From: Azolla caroliniana
Lineage: Eukaryota; Plantae; Polypodiophyta
DNA: 64,000 bases
Assembly (NCBI GenBank): GCA_043228905.1
Contig: JBHGNT010000007.1
Coordinates: 19,468,001 to 19,532,000, forward strand
Direction of reading: 5' to 3'
Shown here piece by piece: positions 47,430 to 59,500 of this stretch; position 1 is the first letter of the stretch; every line of letters begins with the position of its first letter. Both the position numbers and the translations under genes were made by a program. The notes under the pieces were generated by a model. That model worked only from the letters and a program-made list of their open reading frames with translations. It was not told the origin of the DNA and searched no databases.

Positions 47430-50400
47430 GATGTCGTCTGGTCCGAATACACCAATCGGTTATAAACGTCCTCGTACATGTTCTGTTACGAAGACGCTAG
47501 AGACAGAATCGGTTGAGGGATTACTGCCGGAAACAAGTAGAAGGTGGTCTGTACTTCTTGATTTAATTGATTGCCAGTCTTCCGACGAAAATCAGCCGGA
47601 AGAGGTATCATTTTACAATATCTGGAGTGAGGACAATATGCCTTATCCGTACTCGAAGTTCTGTGAGGGAGCTGATGCAGAAGCGCATGTGAGGGATTTC
47701 CTGACAACATGGGAGATTAACCATGGAGCTCAGAGACTGTCAGCGGCAGCCGAAGATAAGTCTAAGATTGCTAAGTTCGTTTTGTCATTGGAGGGTTATT
47801 CCGTTAATTGGTTTGCGCAAAACGGTCTCCGTGGGTTCGAAACATTCGAACATTCGAACAACAAATTTCTGCAGTTATTTCATCGTCAGATACCTCAAAT
47901 GGATTTGATAGCGCAATTTTATGCGTTGTATCAGGAGCAGAAGGAAACGGTGTCTCAATTTGTGATCCGTTTTTCAGAATTTGCAACTTCAAATTTCTAG
48001 GCCTATTTCGGACAATGAATTGAAGGATGTATTCCTTGAAGCGATTCGTGAAGCATTACGAACAACATTGAAGGTGTTCGATTTCCAGAATTAGAATATC
48101 GAGCAAGTGATTGATAAGGCAATCGCTATGGGCCGACAACTGATAAATGTACGGAGTATGGATATGTCAGCACTAAATCGTACACTACCAACGATGGAGG
48201 AGTTACAATTTTGACAAGCAGTTCAGTGTACTACTTGTTTAAATACTGGTCATTCGGCAATCGAATGTAGTTTACGAACGCACTGCACTATATGTCATTC
48301 TAAACTTCATTCGGTCGAGCAATGTGAGTATAACTTGCTCAATAAAACGACGACTCCGTAAGACAAATTTCTCCAGAAAACGGGTACCACAATAATCAGA
48401 ATCCATTCAATAATGGGTACCAACAGAATAGTTTTCCACCAAAACAACATAATTTTCAACAAAATCAAGCCTTTCAGCAAAATAATTTTCAACAAAATCC
48501 AGCTTTTCAACAAAATAATTTTCAGCACAATCAAGATTTTCAACAAAATCAAGAATTCTCGGCAGTACCGAATATGAATCAGCAACAGCAAAATGGAGGA
48601 TGGTTTAAGCAGAACCGGTATAAAAGTAAAAAATTCTACAAGCTGAAAGCCTCACGATAGTTTCAGCAATCGCCGAATTCCAATGGGAATGATGGTCAGC
48701 AGTTTATGCAAAATGACGGGCCTGGTCAGTTTGTGCAAGGTGAGGGAAGTGGAATGTTTGTTCCTACTTGCTATATATGCCGTCAAATTGGTCATTATGC
48801 TAATCAGTGTCCTACTAAAGGAAAAGGACCGGCGGTTAATATGGTTATACCGGAAATACAACAAGTAACCACTAGAAGCAAAACTAAACAATCTGAGTGG
48901 GAGATTCAGGAAGCAGTCCGTAAAGTAGCCAAGGAATGGGTAGAGGAAACAAACCAAAATAATGTAAACCGGATGCTCCAAGATAATGAAATTAACCAAG
49001 CTACCGAATTACCAGGAGCTACGGCTGTACCAGAACAAGAGGAAACTTGGAAGATCTTGGCAGCTTGCCAGGTATCACTACCACTGACTGGATTACTTAA
49101 GTTGGTTCCTAGATTTACCGAAAAGGTGGTGACATTGATTGCCCAAAAAGGGTTAGAACAAGTCTCGGTACATTATAGTCAGCCGAGCAATAACCCTTCA
49201 ATCATGGATGAGCAGAATCCAACGATTAAGGTGATAATTCATGGTCAAGAAATCGAAAATGCGATTGTCGATGGTGGCTTAGGAATAAATGTCATTAATA
49301 AAACCACCTGTGATAGGTTGGGTATTACTAAATGGGAAGCTTGCCCATTTTGGGTAATAATGGCATATACCAGTACGGTACGATCAATTGGCTTACTTCG
49401 ACAATTAGAGGTGGTATTGGGGGGTCATAGTTTTCTGATATCGGTTGTAATACTTCATTTGGAAGCTCCTGGTGCATATCCCTTGCTATTAGGTCGGCCA
49501 TGGTTAAAGACTACTAACATCAAGCAGAATTGGAATCAGAATCAATTGACGTTTAGAAAAGGCAAACGAAAATCCGGGTGTCTACACAGACCAAGGTTGC
49601 GACAAGCAAACAATGTTTGCCGGTGCATGCGGAGTCCGTCAATATGATGGAAGGATTAGATGAGGCCGAAGAAAATCAGTATTTTGATGATAATCCGAAA
49701 ATCATTCCTTTGTTTGAAGTGGATATTTTACAAGCCCTGACACCATATGTGGATTCTCAGGAGGAATCGTCAATAGATGAGCAAACAATGAAGGAAATAC
49801 AACTCTAGCAAGAAGCTACCGACAGAGAGATGAAGATGTCCCAACAAGTTCAAGCTTCAAAATTGGAGGAAATAAATTTGGTAGAAGAAGATAAGGACAA
49901 TGAGTTGAAAACAATACTCATTGCTAAAGATATGGTAGAAGCTGACAAACAACGGTTAACGGCATTATTAAAACAATATAAGGATGTCTTTGCATGGTCT
50001 TTTGAAGATATGAAGGGACTTGACCCAGCTTTTTGTCAACATCAAATAAACCTGCATAAGGATGCAAAGGCAGTTCAACAACGTAGGTACCGATTAAATC
50101 CTAATTATGCTATTAAAGTAAAGGAAGAAATAGATAAACTTTTGAAAGTAGGGTTTATTCGTCCGGTGAAAAAATCGACATGGTTAAGGCCAATCGTAGT
50201 AGTTCTGAAAAAGAATGGCAAGATTCGGGTATGTGTCGACTACCGAAAACTGAATGCGGCTACCGTTACGAATGCGTTCCCATTACCATTTACGGATGGT
50301 ATATTGGATGCGGTAGCTGGCCATGAAGTCTATAGTTTCCTAGATGGTTTTAGTGGTTATAATTAGGTTCGGATGAATCCGGAAGATCAAGAAAAGTCAG

Positions 50401-52420
50401 CTTTTGTTACAGAATGGTTAGTGTTTGTAGCGGTAGTAATGATGTTTGGCTTGAAGACCGCCCTGGCAACATTCCAAAGAGTGATACAAGAAATATTTGG
50501 GGATTACATTCCTGCATTTATGCAAGTCTTTTTGGATGATTTTGCGGTTTATAGTCGGAAAAACGAACATTTTGAGCATTTACGATTATGTTTGGATAAA
50601 TGTCAGACAGGTCGGCTTAGTTTAAATCCGACAAAATGTGCATTCGGGGTCACTAGTGGCACATTGTTAGGCCATATTGTCAGTTAAGAAGTAATTGCAG
50701 TGGACCCTGACAAGGTTAAAGCCATACTGGAAGCACCGGCACCCACAAATGCTAAAGTTCTCAATCGGTTTTTAGGACAGATTAGATGGCACAACAAAAT
50801 GATAAGATATCTTGCGGATATCGCCATTCCCTTACATACAACAGTGCACAAAGTTCCTTTTCAGTGGACAAGTGTGGAACAGGATGCATATGACTGTCTC
50901 AAGAAGATGTTGTCCAAGGTTCCTGTGGTTCAACCACCTGACTGGAATAAGTTGTTCCATGTTTTGGTCGATGCATCGGGCATCGCAATCGGAAGTGCAT
51001 TAATGCAGTTGACCAAACCGAATTGGTACCGGCCAGTGTACTATGCTAGTCGGAAACTCTCAACAGCGGAAAGAAACTATTCTACAACTGAGAGGGAAGC
51101 TTTAGGAATGATCTATAGCGTCAATAAATTTCGACACTATCTTTTGGGAAAAAAGTTTACATTTCATGTTGATCATTCAACTCTTCTTTATTTGGTCTCG
51201 AAACAAGAGTTAACGGGTAAGTTAGCAAGATGGAATCTTCTACTCCAAGAATTCGAATTCGACATTTTACATCAGCCAGGAGTACAACATGCAGTGGCCA
51301 ATTATCTAAGTCAACTGGAGTCAGGAGAAGAAGGCACAGGTGTCAAGGATGATTTTCCGGATGCCCAGCTTTTTCGAGTGGAAGTAGTAAATGCACAGGA
51401 TATACCACCCAAACATTTATCGGCAGACGAAAGGAAAATGTTGGTTGGATCTCAGAAATGACAATCTTTCTTACAACAAGGATACCACCCAAACATTTAT
51501 TGACAGACGAAAGGAAAAGGTTGGCGGTACGTAGTCGGAATTTTTGTCTTTTAAACGACACTCTGTATCATAAAGGAGCAGATGGTATTTGGAGAAGAGC
51601 AGTACAGCAATTCGAAATATCGATCATTCTTTGGGAATCACATTGTGGAATTGCAGGAGGGCACTATGCTGGAGAAACCACAGCCAGAAAAATATGGAAC
51701 CGTGGCTTATGGTGGCCGACAGTGATGAAGGATGCAGTTGAATATTGTCGGAAATGTGATTTATGTCAACGTATGGGACAACCGACAAAAAGGGACCGGA
51801 TGCCGTTTCAACCTGTGTTACCTCTTGAACCTTTCCAGAAATGGGGTTTGGATTTTGTAGGCCCATTCAAACCGGCAGCAGTAAGAACAGGCAATCGATA
51901 TATTTTAGTTGCCACTAACTACTGCACGAAGTGGGTAAAAGCTAAAGCTCTTAGGGATAATATGACAGCTTCAACAACAAAATTTTTGTACAAAAGTATA
52001 TGGTGTCGATTCGGCTGCCCAATAGAATTAGTGAGTGATCAAGGTACGCATTTCATTAACAAACTTGTTCATGAATTGTCTACATACTATGCAGTGGTTC
52101 ATAAGAAAAGCACGCCTTACTATCCACAAGCGAATGGATTGGCAGAGTCGACAAACAAAACCCTACAAACGATACTCAAAAAGATAGTAAATGAGAATCG
52201 TACGGACTGGGATCAAAAGTTGCATAGTGCTTTATGGACATATCGCACGTCGTACAAAACATCTATTAAATCAACACCTTTTCGAATGGCTTTTGGATTG
52301 GAGGCAGTTATGCCAATCGAATTTCAGATTTTGACACTTCGAATACAAGCAACCGAAAAATTAAATGAACTATAGTCGGAGCAAATTCGGAAAGAATCTT
52401 TATTGATGTTAGAAGAAGAC
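47430..52420 (+). pseudogene. Gypsy-2 gag-pol, disrupted and truncated in integrase
   Basis: ADAEAHVRDFLTTW, CYICRQIGHYANQC, IVDGG, LDGFSGYN, FLDDF, EREALGM and WGLDFVGP motifs. Gln/Asn-rich repeats at 48400-48600. Confidence 0.9.
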
Positions 52421-52854
52421 TTTATACAAGCTCCCCCTGTGAGAGTATAGATGTAGCCGTAAGTAGATTTTCTTGTGTCTACATCTCCAACCATGTCAAA
52501 ATCACAATAGCTGTGAAGATTTACGTCCCCTTTGCCATAACAAATTCATTTTTTCTTAGTGCCTTTGAGATATCTAAGGATAGAGTTAACTGCAGCCCAA
52601 GGGTTTCATCTAGCTCTGACTTTAGTACGAAAGCCCACAAATTCCAATTGTAGACATCGATGAAAGTCACAAAGTACTGTCCTCATCGATGCGATAGAGC
52701 ATCTACATAACACACATCCGTGTGTACTAGTTCCAGTGGCACTTCTCTTCTCCTTGGTGGTCTCGAGTGGAAGGTTGCCTTGTTCTACTTTCCAACTAAG
52801 TAGTCGACACACTTCTCCTGGTGCACTCCCTTTACCTATGGTAGAAGTTTTATC
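52420..52854 (-). other. Filler DNA: two joined antisense Copia fragments (RT/RNase H junction and integrase)
   Basis: Minus strand reads ILRYLKGT...YCDFDMVGDVDTRKSTYGY (52425-52605) and PLELVHTDVCYVD (52620-52850). The latter is an inverted match to 54420-54645. Confidence 0.8.
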
Positions 52855-52959
52855 TTGATAGAACATTTAGTACGAATGTTCGTCTTATACCGTGTCGGCA
52901 AAGTAGTAACTGTTGACCGAACAACACACTAGAAGAGTCATATAATTGATTGGTGATTT

Positions 52960-54100
52960 GTAGTCGAGATACGAACAATCCTAGCTCTCGGTCGGAATCT
53001 AAGGGATCATCACCATCAAGACTCTAATAGGACTACCATGAATGTGTATTGTGCCATACGAGTAACCAATTCCGTCACATATATGATGAATGTCATACAT
53101 AAGGTACTTAGAGATTCTATTCCTCAGATTACCATCCTTTGTTTGAATGATATACCTATTAAAGGTTTTGATCACGTAAAGAATTAGTTGCCTGAAGTTT
53201 GTCAATGATCACATAAAGGATTGTGAAAAAGTGTAAACAAGATTAGAAGAAGTCTATTTGACATTGTTTGGTCCAAAACAAATATTTGGTGTTCAACACA
53301 TACTAGTGGTGGGACATATGTGTGGGCTATATGAAGTAAAGCCAAATCCAACTAAAATCAATGCAATTCAGAATATGAAGGAAGAAAGTGGTGTAAAGAA
53401 ATAGGAGGCGTTTGCCAGGCATTACACCACTCAATGCCCGATAAACGATCATGGTAAAGCACCTGGAGTAAACATAATTATGGTTGATGTCCAATAGGTC
53501 ACCACCCGAAGTAATGCCCAGAAAACACAATGGGAAATTCAAGATGAAGTCCAGTAGGTTGCCAAACAATGGATCGAAACAGCAAATCAGGACAATACTG
53601 ATAGAATGCATACCGAGATGAAAGATATCACTATCGGTCCACTGACTTCCTCTAAACCTACCGGGTCACATGACGATGACCCTACTTGGCAAGCCCTCAC
53701 TAGCTACCAAATCTCCATGCCTTTGCATAAGCTTTTGCAATTGCTCCCACGATTCAAGGACATGGTAGCATCTCTCACCACCAGCAATAAGCCAACCACC
53801 CTATCGGTACACCGGCTAGAGCCGAGCACCAGTCCACCATTAATGGATTCCCAAAATCCTGCAGTCAAGCTCGTCATCAAAGGCCACGATGTCCACGGCT
53901 GCATTATCGAAGGTGATTCGAGTGTTAATGTCATCATTGAGGCTACATGTCACGACCTCGACATCACCCAATGGGAGCCATGTGCGTTTTGGCTCCGAAT
54001 GGCGGACACCCATTCCCGTTCGTCCAATGGGGATAATCCACCACCTGTATTTTATCCTCAGAGGCCACACCTTCACCATCTTGGCGGTGGTGTTACGCCT
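52960..54100 (+). mobile_element. Degenerate Gypsy fragments (RT piece; gag end and protease related to Gypsy-1/2)
   Basis: LHKLLQLLPRF, IIEGDSSVNVI and WEPCAFWLRMADT. Confidence 0.75.
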
Positions 54101-54104
54101 CTAG

Positions 54105-55427
54105 CGACATCGATTGGTTGTCGACTGATGTTGAGGGATGTTTGACATGTCCCCGATATCAAATTGAATCTGATATTGACTTGAAGGTTGGATGATGAAG
54201 GCTACAGTGGTAGTTTTTGAAATGGCAAATGGAAGTTCTGCCGAGGAAATCTCATAGTGGCCTAAGCATAGAAAGAAGGCATATTGTATTTGATGCATGC
54301 CTGACTGTGCAAGTTGGAAGTGAATGTGGCAACCGACTTGGCAAGACAAATATGGCATAAGACGCTAGGCTACATGAGTGAGAAGCGACTACATCTGCTA
54401 GCCGACCAGAAACTTCTGCCAAAAGTATAGGGAGTGCACCTAGAGAAGTGTGTCGACTACTTAGTTGGAAAGCAGAATAGAGCAACATTCCACTCAAGAC
54501 CACCAAGAAGAAGAGAGGTGCCACTAGAACTAGTACACACGAATGTGTGCTATGTAGATGCTCTATCACATCGAGGTGGACAATACTTCGTAATCATAAT
54601 TGACGACTATAGTCGGAAGACATGGCCCTTCCTACTAAAGTCGAAGGATCAAGTATTGTCGATGTTCAAGGAGTTCCAGGCAAGAGCTGAACGGGAGTTG
54701 GGTCGAAAGTTGAAGGTTGTCTGAACCGACAATGGTGGTGAATATAGCGGGGCAGTCCGAAGAATATTGCAAGGCCCAAGGTATTCGAATCGAATACAGA
54801 GTGCCAAAGACCCCTGAGTTGAACGGGTTCGTAGAGAGAATGAATCGAATGATTATGGAGAGAGTAAGGAGCATGCTATCGCATGCTAAATTGTCGAAAT
54901 CGTATTGGGCTGAGATGATGTATACAACCTTGTATCTAATCAATAGATCTCCCTAAGTGCCATTGAAAGGTGATGTCCCATAGAGGGTGTGGATAGGAAA
55001 GGATGTCTCCTACCGACACTTGAAGGTGTTTGGATGCTTAGTATATATGCATGTAGCCAAGGATCAGAGATCGAAGCATGATAGTAAGTTGAAACCATGC
55101 ATATTCATGGGATACTCGGAGGACGAGTTCGGCTACAGGCTGTGGGACTTAGTTGATAAGAAAGTAGTGAGGAGTTGGGATGTAGTCTTCTTGGAAGACA
55201 AGAAGATTGAGAACTGGAAGCAACAGAAGTGGGAACCGACTTACCAGTCAACTCCCACTACTACTGACTTAAGGCCAAGTGAACCGACACATTCGGCTAT
55301 TCGAAGCCAGCCAATTGGCACAGCCGAATCCGAGTAGACCGACTCAGAGCAACTGACCAACACAAATGAGTTGGAGTCGACGGACTTGTTGAAGTCGATC
55401 GAGGAATACGAGTCGAAGTCGGCTAGC
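54105..55427 (+). mobile_element. Degenerate Copia integrase region
   Basis: LELVHTNVC, IDDYSRKTW, TPELNGFVERMNR and LKVFGC...KPCIFMGY. Confidence 0.85.
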
Positions 55428-55447
55428 TGTCATGATATAGCATGGTA

Positions 55448-55515
55448 TGGCATTACTAGGACTTGAACCCATGACCTAGTGTCACACGGATTAAAGCCTT
55501 ACCATTAAGCTATAC
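55448..55515 (-). other. tRNA-like sequence (Pol III A and B boxes, CCA end) at the start of the Tcn1-like LTR
   Basis: Minus strand: TAGCTTAATGG ... GGTTCAAGTCC ... GCCA. Stems are poorly paired. Confidence 0.55.
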
Positions 55516-55573
55516 ATTGTAATACGTTTTATTTATTATTTTACTATATAAAATGTCAGGAACTAGACCCTCC

Positions 55574-56121
55574 CGTTGAACAACGCTTGGCCACAACCGA
55601 ACCTCGAATAAAACACAAAAAAACAGGGAAGGAAAAACACAACACATTAGAGAGAAGAGTACACAGGATGTTTACGTGGAAAACCCAAACTCGGGAAAAA
55701 ACCACGGCAGCCCACAGACCGCGAACTATCACTGTGTCAAAATGTACAATAAGAAAGCACCGAGGCCACGACCTCGAGCTTGCTATCTTCGCCACAGGCG
55801 GCGGTTACAATCAGAAGCAACGACCTCTTCCTCTCTCTCACTCTCTCTGTACACAGTTGCACACTCTAATCTTCCGCCAACAAGAATGACAACAACACAC
55901 ATTCAAAAGTTTGCCCTAAGTCATATTTATACTAATATGACTTTTCGGCTATTTACAAATATAACCACAATGGACTCTCAGAAACATATTTACAAATATG
56001 TCTCTTCATCCGGTGAGCACTCCTCACCGGGCCTGCATCATCCGGCACTTGCCGGGTACTCGTCATCCGGTTTCGACACTGTTCTTCTCACTTCCCATCC
56101 GGAGGGACTTGTTTCCTAACA
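55574..56121 (-). mobile_element. Copia-type solo LTR
   Basis: Minus strand begins TGTTAGGAAACAAGTCCCTCCGGATG, similar to the LTR start after the PPT at 42821. No TSD seen. Confidence 0.65.
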
Positions 56122-56300
56122 GAAAATTGATGTATATTCAAGATTTCTCTGGAACATTCTAGAAACTTCAAGAGTACTCTTGACAACACTATATAAAAGA
56201 GGCAAAAGGCATTATTTCGAACCAATTCGGTTCAACGTCAATCTTAAGCCTCCTAGCTATTCGTGTACTTAATCTTCATATAATTTATCACCTGTTATCA

Positions 56301-56303
<3 letters not shown>

Positions 56304-56348
<45 letters not shown>
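56304..56348. repeat. (CT)n microsatellite
   Basis: About 22 units. Confidence 0.95.
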
Positions 56349-56352
<4 letters not shown>

Positions 56353-56598
56353 GTGAGTCTTACACACTCCTTTCCACTTAGTACTAATCCTCATAATACT
56401 TTCCTTCTCTAGTCATCCTCTTATCCCTCCTTCCCTTCATACTAATCCTCTTATCCTCCCTAGTAAATGGCAACTGTTAGTGCTGAAGAATACAAATATG
56501 TTTTCTCAGAGCTCCAACGCTTAAAAGAGAAGTTTGTAGCACTAGAACAAGAAAATCACCGTTTGTTGGGGGATCTTAACCAAATAGATCTAGAAAAA

Positions 56599-59500
56599 TG
56601 TTGAGCGACAAGCTCAACCGGATCCGGATCTGCTGAATAAGCCTAAGCCGGATCGACATCCAGAAGGATGAAGTCGGATCGGCGAGCCGGTGAGCCAGGG
56701 AGCCGGTTAGCTGGATCAAACAGTAGCCTAGACTACTAGATAGTTAATAGTCTCGTAGTTAATGTCAGACGCTCGAGTGAGCATTGAAGTACACCATACT
56801 TCTGTCAGTCCTCTTAGGACTTGTATAAGTAGTGTTGTTGAGCACGTTTTATGTACAGAGAACTATTATTATTTTGTAATAGATTTAAGTTGTTCTGCTC
56901 TTTCTCAGTCTCTCCCGCGTATTGTAAAGCTTTCTGTTAAACCTTTCTTTCTATGTTCAGTTTTTCTACTTGCTTCCGCACGCTATTCTTTCCATGGTAT
57001 CAGAGCGCGAGGGTTGAGAACCTCTACAGCCGACCTTAGCTCAAGAAGAAAACCTAACCTTCGTAAAGAAGAGGAAAAACAAAATGGATAGAGGCATGGC
57101 TAGCTCGCTTCCAACAGAGAAGCTCGACAGAAACAACTACCCATCTTGGTCTTACAAGATGCACCAGTACCTGCTCAGGCACGGTTATTGGAGCTATGTC
57201 GACACACAAAGATTTCCCAACTTGGCAACAGTCGGCGAGCAGAGTACTGTACTGCTTCGCGTCTTGTGTGGGCGAACAGCTCCTAAGCTACATTCGGGAT
57301 GCAAAGACGTTGAAAGATGCTTGGGGAAATCTAAAGAAGATTTCTACCGCAAGCACTACAGCCAGGAAGCTTCAACTCTGACAGGAGCTAAGCAACCTAC
57401 GACAACGCGACTTGTCGGTGGCAGACTACACCTCCAAAATCAAGGACATTTGCGACTCTCTGGCCTCCATCGATGTGAATATCGAAGAAGCCGATATGGT
57501 GCAAATCTGTCTCGAAGGTTTGGCGTCAAAGTTTGAAGCGTTCCGAACTGTTGTGTGTACAAGGGAGAATACGCCGTCATTTTTCGACTTACAGTCGATG
57601 CTCCTTGTAGAGGAGAACCACGTCGGTGCGTCAAAAAGGGCACCCAGCGACAACCGGAAATGTTGTACATGAAGGTGGATCGGCCCCGTGGGCGTGGTGG
57701 ACAAAGTGGGTTGGCTCGCAATGGTAGCGACCGGCAAGAGCAGGACCGAAGGCACAAAAAATGTGCCGACAGCAGTTCCGGACCTTCCACAAGTAGGGGG
57801 GGTCAAGGCAGCGCCGGAGTTCGGCAAGCAAAGGCCGACACGTAATGCTGGAATTGTGGTAAAAAGGGCCACAGAGAAAGCGAGTGCTGGAAGAAGCGCG
57901 CTGATTCGGATAGATCCGGATCCGGCAAAGCCGACAGAGAGAACCCACAATACTCGCACTATACTGAAGGATCGGGAAGATCCAAAACCGGGAAAGCCGG
58001 TAAAGGGACAGCCTTGGTGGTGAAACACGAGGCTAACTCGATGAAGAAGACCACTTCCAAATCGGAGGAAGTGTGGTACATTGATTCCGGTGCGTCGAAT
58101 CACATGATGAGCCACAAAGTGTGGTTCTCCTTCTTGGAGAAACCGGAACAACTAGGGGTCGTCGAAACCGGAGATGACACTCCTCACCCAATCGTGCATG
58201 TCGGAGAAGTCCCTTTGAGCCACGTCGGACAGAGGGGGAAGCTGATGAACGTATTACACGTTCCGACCATCACGAAGAACCTGGTGTCGGTTGGACAGAT
58301 TGTCAACCAGGGAATGCAGGTGCGGTTTACGCACCTTGGGTGCTTCATCGAGGAAGAGGGCCAAATCATTGCACAAGGGCACAAAGACGGGAGGATGTTT
58401 ATCCTCGACACCAATGACATCGGCACTGCTTTGTTCGCCAAAGGACAGAAGATTGAATCGAATATTGATCTCTGGCACAAGCGGATCAGCCATGTCAATT
58501 ACCGGAGGCTCCAAGACCTGCAAACGAAACAAGTTGTTTTCGGTTTGCCGAAGTTCAGTGGCCAGAAGGCCCAAATATGTGAAGCCTGCCAACTTGGGAA
58601 GCAACACCGGCTTCCATTCCCCACCGAACAAAACCGTAGCCGTAACAAGCTCGACCTTATTCATTCGGATGATGGGGACCAGCACAAAACGTTAGTCTTG
58701 GCGGGAGTCGGTATTTCGTCTCCTTCATCGACGACTACAGCCGACACACATCGATCTACCTCATTCAGCGGAAGAGCGAAGTCTTCGAGTGTTTCCAGAA
58801 CCTGCAAAGCCTGGTTGAACGGGAAACGGAGAGGAAGCTCAAGTACCTGCGGTCGGATGGTGGAAAAGAATATTTTTCCGGCCAATTCAACAATTATCTA
58901 GAGCAAAAAGGAATTCGGAGAGAGTTCGGCTGCAGATACACACTGGAGCAAAACGGTGTGGCCGAAAGGAAGAGCCGGTCGATTGTCGATGCGGGAAGGG
59001 CAATGCTGGAGGAGAAGAGCATGCCCCATTCCTACTGGGCGGAGGCGGTCCGGACGGCCGTCTACATCCAAAACCGGATCAGTGACAAGGTGTCCTCGCA
59101 TGAGCTATATTTCGGGCGCAAGCCGAATTTGAGACACCTTCGGATATTCGGTAGCATTGCATATGTGCATGTGCCGGATGAGAAGCGGAGGAAGTTGGAT
59201 GCAAAGTCAGAGAAATGCATCCTGGTCAGTTACTTGCATGAGCCAAAGGGTTATAAGTATTATAACCCCCGGACGAAGCAGGTCTGAGTTAGCCGGGATG
59301 TTGAGTTTGATGAAACGGCATCATGGTATGCCTTACCGGCTCCGACTTCCGACCCCGACCTGATACCGGAGGATGAGGCTAGTGAGCGTGAACCGGTCCA
59401 GATAGAAGATGAAGACCTCGGCACTCTAGAAGAGAGTCTGATCTCATTTCGGTTCAGTGGACCGAATGAGTGTCTGAGTCTGGATGACCAGTCGGATAAG

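Larger units (their letters stand above)
46913..52926 (+). mobile_element. Ty3/Gypsy element (Gypsy-2, related to Gypsy-1); 3' part deleted and replaced by filler
   Basis: 5' LTR 46913-47372 (TGTTA...AACA). PBS TGGCACGCCCGGT at 47384. Only the last ~72 bp of the 3' LTR survive (52855-52926). TSD CACTA at 46908-46912 and 52927-52931. Confidence 0.9.
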
